A program made the translations under genes and the position numbers. Below the pieces are notes generated by a model that searched no databases, was not told where the DNA came from, and saw only the letters and a program-made list of their open reading frames with translations. From NCBI GenBank assembly GCA_000320545.1, contig ADNK01001890.1, positions 73,800 to 137,799 on the forward strand: 64,000 nucleotides of DNA, in the 5' to 3' direction. Shown piece after piece: positions 61,418 through 64,000 of the stretch. The stretch comes from Bigelowiella natans CCMP2755 (lineage: Eukaryota > Protista > Cercozoa). The first letter of the stretch is position 1. Each line of letters starts with the position of its first letter.

Positions 61418-64000
61418 TCATCGCTTTCGGAACTTCACCAACCACCAGGTAATAGATTCCTCTCTAACCTTATCTCCTTTGTCGCTTACCCAGAACTCAC
61501 CTTCGTCCTTAGGTTCGTGTCCATACCAGCCCTCTGCATCAAGGTCCCCCAGGACCTTATACCAGTGCTCAAAGGGTAAGTCGGGAACAGCTAGGTAGAG
61601 TAGCTGATATTTTCCGTCCTTTATTTTCATAGCTACCCTCTCCATATTTCGTAATCCAGGGTAGCCTAGATAGACAATCTTCATGCGCCAATCGTCGTTC
61701 ACCCTGACCTTATTGTTTCCATATTCCACATCGAACTTAGGTCGGGGTCCTAAACAAGGCATTGCTCGCTCCCACACAGTAGGGTTTACTTTAACATCCT
61801 CTAGGAGCTTCTCACCGATATCATAATTCTTTAGGTGACTGATGTGGCGCAAGGTGACCCTGTTCCCATCATAGATGTAGTACTGCTTCCTCCCCTTCCT
61901 CTCGGTAACCTTTGCAACGCCACCCCAGAAGGGGTCTTGTTTATTTCTCGATCTCAGATTTACCTTGGCCCTAACATACTGTCCTTCCTTTAGAACTCGG
62001 CCATCGTACGGGACCTTCTCGTCTTCGCTCTCGGTATCGTCGTCGTTGTCGTCGCCTTCTTCCCTCTCCTTATCCTTGATACCTCCCCCAGACGTGAAGG
62101 TGTCGTTTACTAACCCTTGTATCTTGTCTGGTGTGGTGCTATTTATCCTGCTTAGGTTGGCCAAGGTGCGGTGGAGTCGCTCTACCTTGGAGTTGGACTG
62201 GGCATAGTATACAGGTGAGGCATCAATATTAGGGTGTGGTAGCTGTAGAAGAGAGGTCTCATTATCCACATGTAACTTCTTTGGTATCTTGTTTATGCTA
62301 ACTTCATCAGGGATAGCCTGGAGCTCAGACTCCCAGGTACGGTAGCAGTTAGTAAGCCTCTGCTTATATAAGCCTTTGTTCTTCTTAGCAACGTTGACCT
62401 TGATAATCTTTTTAACCCAGCACTTTCCAGTGGCCACATCAACGAAGGTAAGGTAGTGATAGCCATCGTACTTATAAACATCAATTTGCACGATATCTAA
62501 GAAGTTCCTTGCTTTGATTTTCTTAGATGCACGGCTCTTGCTGGACTCCTTGGTGGCGACGCCTGCCGCCTTCAAGCTGGAGCACCTGCAGCCACGCAGG
62601 TATGTCCTTATCTCTTTTAGCTTGTAGGGCCAGTAGTAATGGTAGAGTAGAGCAGTGATATGGTTTTCTCCTACGTGTGCAGGTCCATGGGCGGTAAAGA
62701 GAAGGGCTCCCCTGGTCCGCCGTGGCACGTAGGTACGCCTAACATTATTAGTGTATACATATATCCTATCACTAAGTACCTCATGCTTGTGTTTGTATTT
62801 ATCCAGGTGTTCTTGAAGGTGCTGGAGCTCCTCTGGCTCAGGCAGGAAGTCGCCGTCCTCGAAGGTAATCGCGTTAACCATAGGGGTGACCTGGGTAGGG
62901 ACTTTCTTTTCGAACAGCCTGCTGAAATAGTCAGCAAGCTGCTTGTCTCCTGGTGCGTAGACCACTGTCCTCTTGTCCCTAAACTCTTCCGTGTCCGCCC
63001 TCATAGCTGCATACTCATCGTTAGGCGCTTCGAGCTTGCGGTCGATGCCTAGGAGGGGCTTGTGGTCAGTCATTAAGGTGAAGCTGGGCACCGACAGCAG
63101 GTAGTATCTTAGTTTCCTCTGCGCCTCAGTCATGGCTTTATACTCTCCTTTTGTAGGGCTGTACTTGGCCTCAGCTGCTGTGCAGGCCCTGCCCCACACC
63201 CGTATGATCTGCTGGTCTTGGGTAAGTACAGCAGCCATACCTAGCTTAGACCAGTCTGTCCATAGGGTAGCTGGTCTAGTAGTGTCTAGCTTAGCATTCA
63301 ATAGGGTGTTGCTGCATAACTTTATTAGGTTATCGAAGTGGGCATCAAGGCCAGCCTTGGCCCACACCTTAGCGAAGCTGAGGCCTACAGAGTTCTCCTT
63401 CCGGTAAGCAGTAGTAAAAGCAGCTGCAGTCCTAGCGTAGGTAGGGGAGAACCTACGTAGTATCCAAGCTGCAGTCTGCAAGAATGACTTTAACTCCTTT
63501 GCATTCTTAGGTTTAGGGGCTTGCTGTAGTGCTGCTACTTTCTCGGGGTTTGGGGTGATGCGGCCTTGCTCCAGGTAATATCCACACCACTTGATTCTTG
63601 TAGCTAGGAATGTACACTTCTGCAGTCTAATAGTAAAACCGAAGTGTGCAAACCTAATAAATATATTTTCCAGGAGGAAGATCTGAGCGACGACTGTGTT
63701 GGTACATATTATGTCATCATCCACATACACAAACACAAACACCCACAACACAGACGCCATCCCATCATGTGTGTATGCCCTGTAGTTCTGACTACTGAAC
63801 GCATCCCCTGATATGCTTAGGCCGTAAGGGAATACGACGAAGTGCCACTTCCTGTGCCTGCTGGAGAACGCGGTAATGGGGCGGGAGGTTTTGTGGATGG
63901 GTGTCTGCATGTATGATTCATTTTCATCTAGGGAAGAGTAGCAATGGTATCCTATGACGTGTTCCATAACGTCATCTATCCTTGGTGTAGGTGTCTGGAT
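61418..64000 (-). CDS. pol: Gypsy Pol polyprotein (partial): RT, RNase H, integrase, C-terminal extension
   Basis: RT: PYGL and YVDD. RNase H: WTDWSKLGMAAVL, YSPTKGE, TDHKPL. Integrase: H-x3-H...C-x-C zinc region, then QIDV / VDNE / NSKVERLHRTL (D,D,E). Uninterrupted for at least 849 codons. Confidence 0.93.
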   Translation of the reverse strand: MQTPTPRIDDVMEHVIGYHCYSSLDENESYMQTPIHKTSRPITAFSSRHRKWHFVVFPYGLSISGDAFSSQNYRAYTHDGMASVLWVFVFVYVDDDIICTNTVVAQIFLLENIFIRFAHFGFTIRLQKCTFLATRIKWCGYYLEQGRITPNPEKVAALQQAPKPKNAKELKSFLQTAAWILRRFSPTYARTAAAFTTAYRKENSVGLSFAKVWAKAGLDAHFDNLIKLCSNTLLNAKLDTTRPATLWTDWSKLGMAAVLTQDQQIIRVWGRACTAAEAKYSPTKGEYKAMTEAQRKLRYYLLSVPSFTLMTDHKPLLGIDRKLEAPNDEYAAMRADTEEFRDKRTVVYAPGDKQLADYFSRLFEKKVPTQVTPMVNAITFEDGDFLPEPEELQHLQEHLDKYKHKHEVLSDRIYVYTNNVRRTYVPRRTRGALLFTAHGPAHVGENHITALLYHYYWPYKLKEIRTYLRGCRCSSLKAAGVATKESSKSRASKKIKARNFLDIVQIDVYKYDGYHYLTFVDVATGKCWVKKIIKVNVAKKNKGLYKQRLTNCYRTWESELQAIPDEVSINKIPKKLHVDNETSLLQLPHPNIDASPVYYAQSNSKVERLHRTLANLSRINSTTPDKIQGLVNDTFTSGGGIKDKEREEGDDNDDDTESEDEKVPYDGRVLKEGQYVRAKVNLRSRNKQDPFWGGVAKVTERKGRKQYYIYDGNRVTLRHISHLKNYDIGEKLLEDVKVNPTVWERAMPCLGPRPKFDVEYGNNKVRVNDDWRMKIVYLGYPGLRNMERVAMKIKDGKYQLLYLAVPDLPFEHWYKVLGDLDAEGWYGHEPKDEGEFWVSDKGDKVREESITWWLVKFRKR

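Larger units (their letters stand above)
61041..64000 (-). mobile_element. Ty3/Gypsy LTR retrotransposon, 3' part (runs off the window end)
   Basis: Pol in RT-RNase H-integrase order, followed by a polypurine tract and an LTR. Confidence 0.92.

Noticed and set aside
1-64000. tRNA, rRNA or other structured RNA genes
   Set aside because: None recognised by eye. A tRNAscan-SE/Infernal run would be needed to exclude them.

Overview
Eukaryotic, intron-rich nuclear DNA with many microsatellites. A signal-peptide plus transit-peptide leader on one gene suggests an alga with a secondary plastid, possibly a chlorarachniophyte (inference only). Genes: a giant multi-exon formin (+, 692-28592, about 8,500 aa by my exon reconstruction, with a near-identical 2.2-kb internal duplication); an ABCC/MRP transporter (-); two orphan ORFs; an unknown type-I membrane protein (+); a dPGM phosphoglycerate mutase (-) divergent from THOC3 (+); and the 3' part of an intact Ty3/Gypsy retrotransposon (-) with its 326-bp LTR. 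The main unexplained signal is in intergenic DNA. From 43595 to 47897 the dinucleotide TpA is essentially absent except inside CTAG (by eye: 20 CTAG, 1 CTAC, no other TA in 4.3 kb). The two arms of an adjacent foldback differ almost only by TA versus TG/CA. Related signatures occur at 28.7-29.3, 52.8-53.3 and 60.1-61.0 kb, and the depletion stops at the young LTR. This looks like a region-targeted A-to-G hypermutation process at TA[A/T/C], the mirror image of fungal RIP. The Gypsy Pol also ends in a degenerate Dam-like adenine methyltransferase domain. All counts were made by eye and need computational confirmation.
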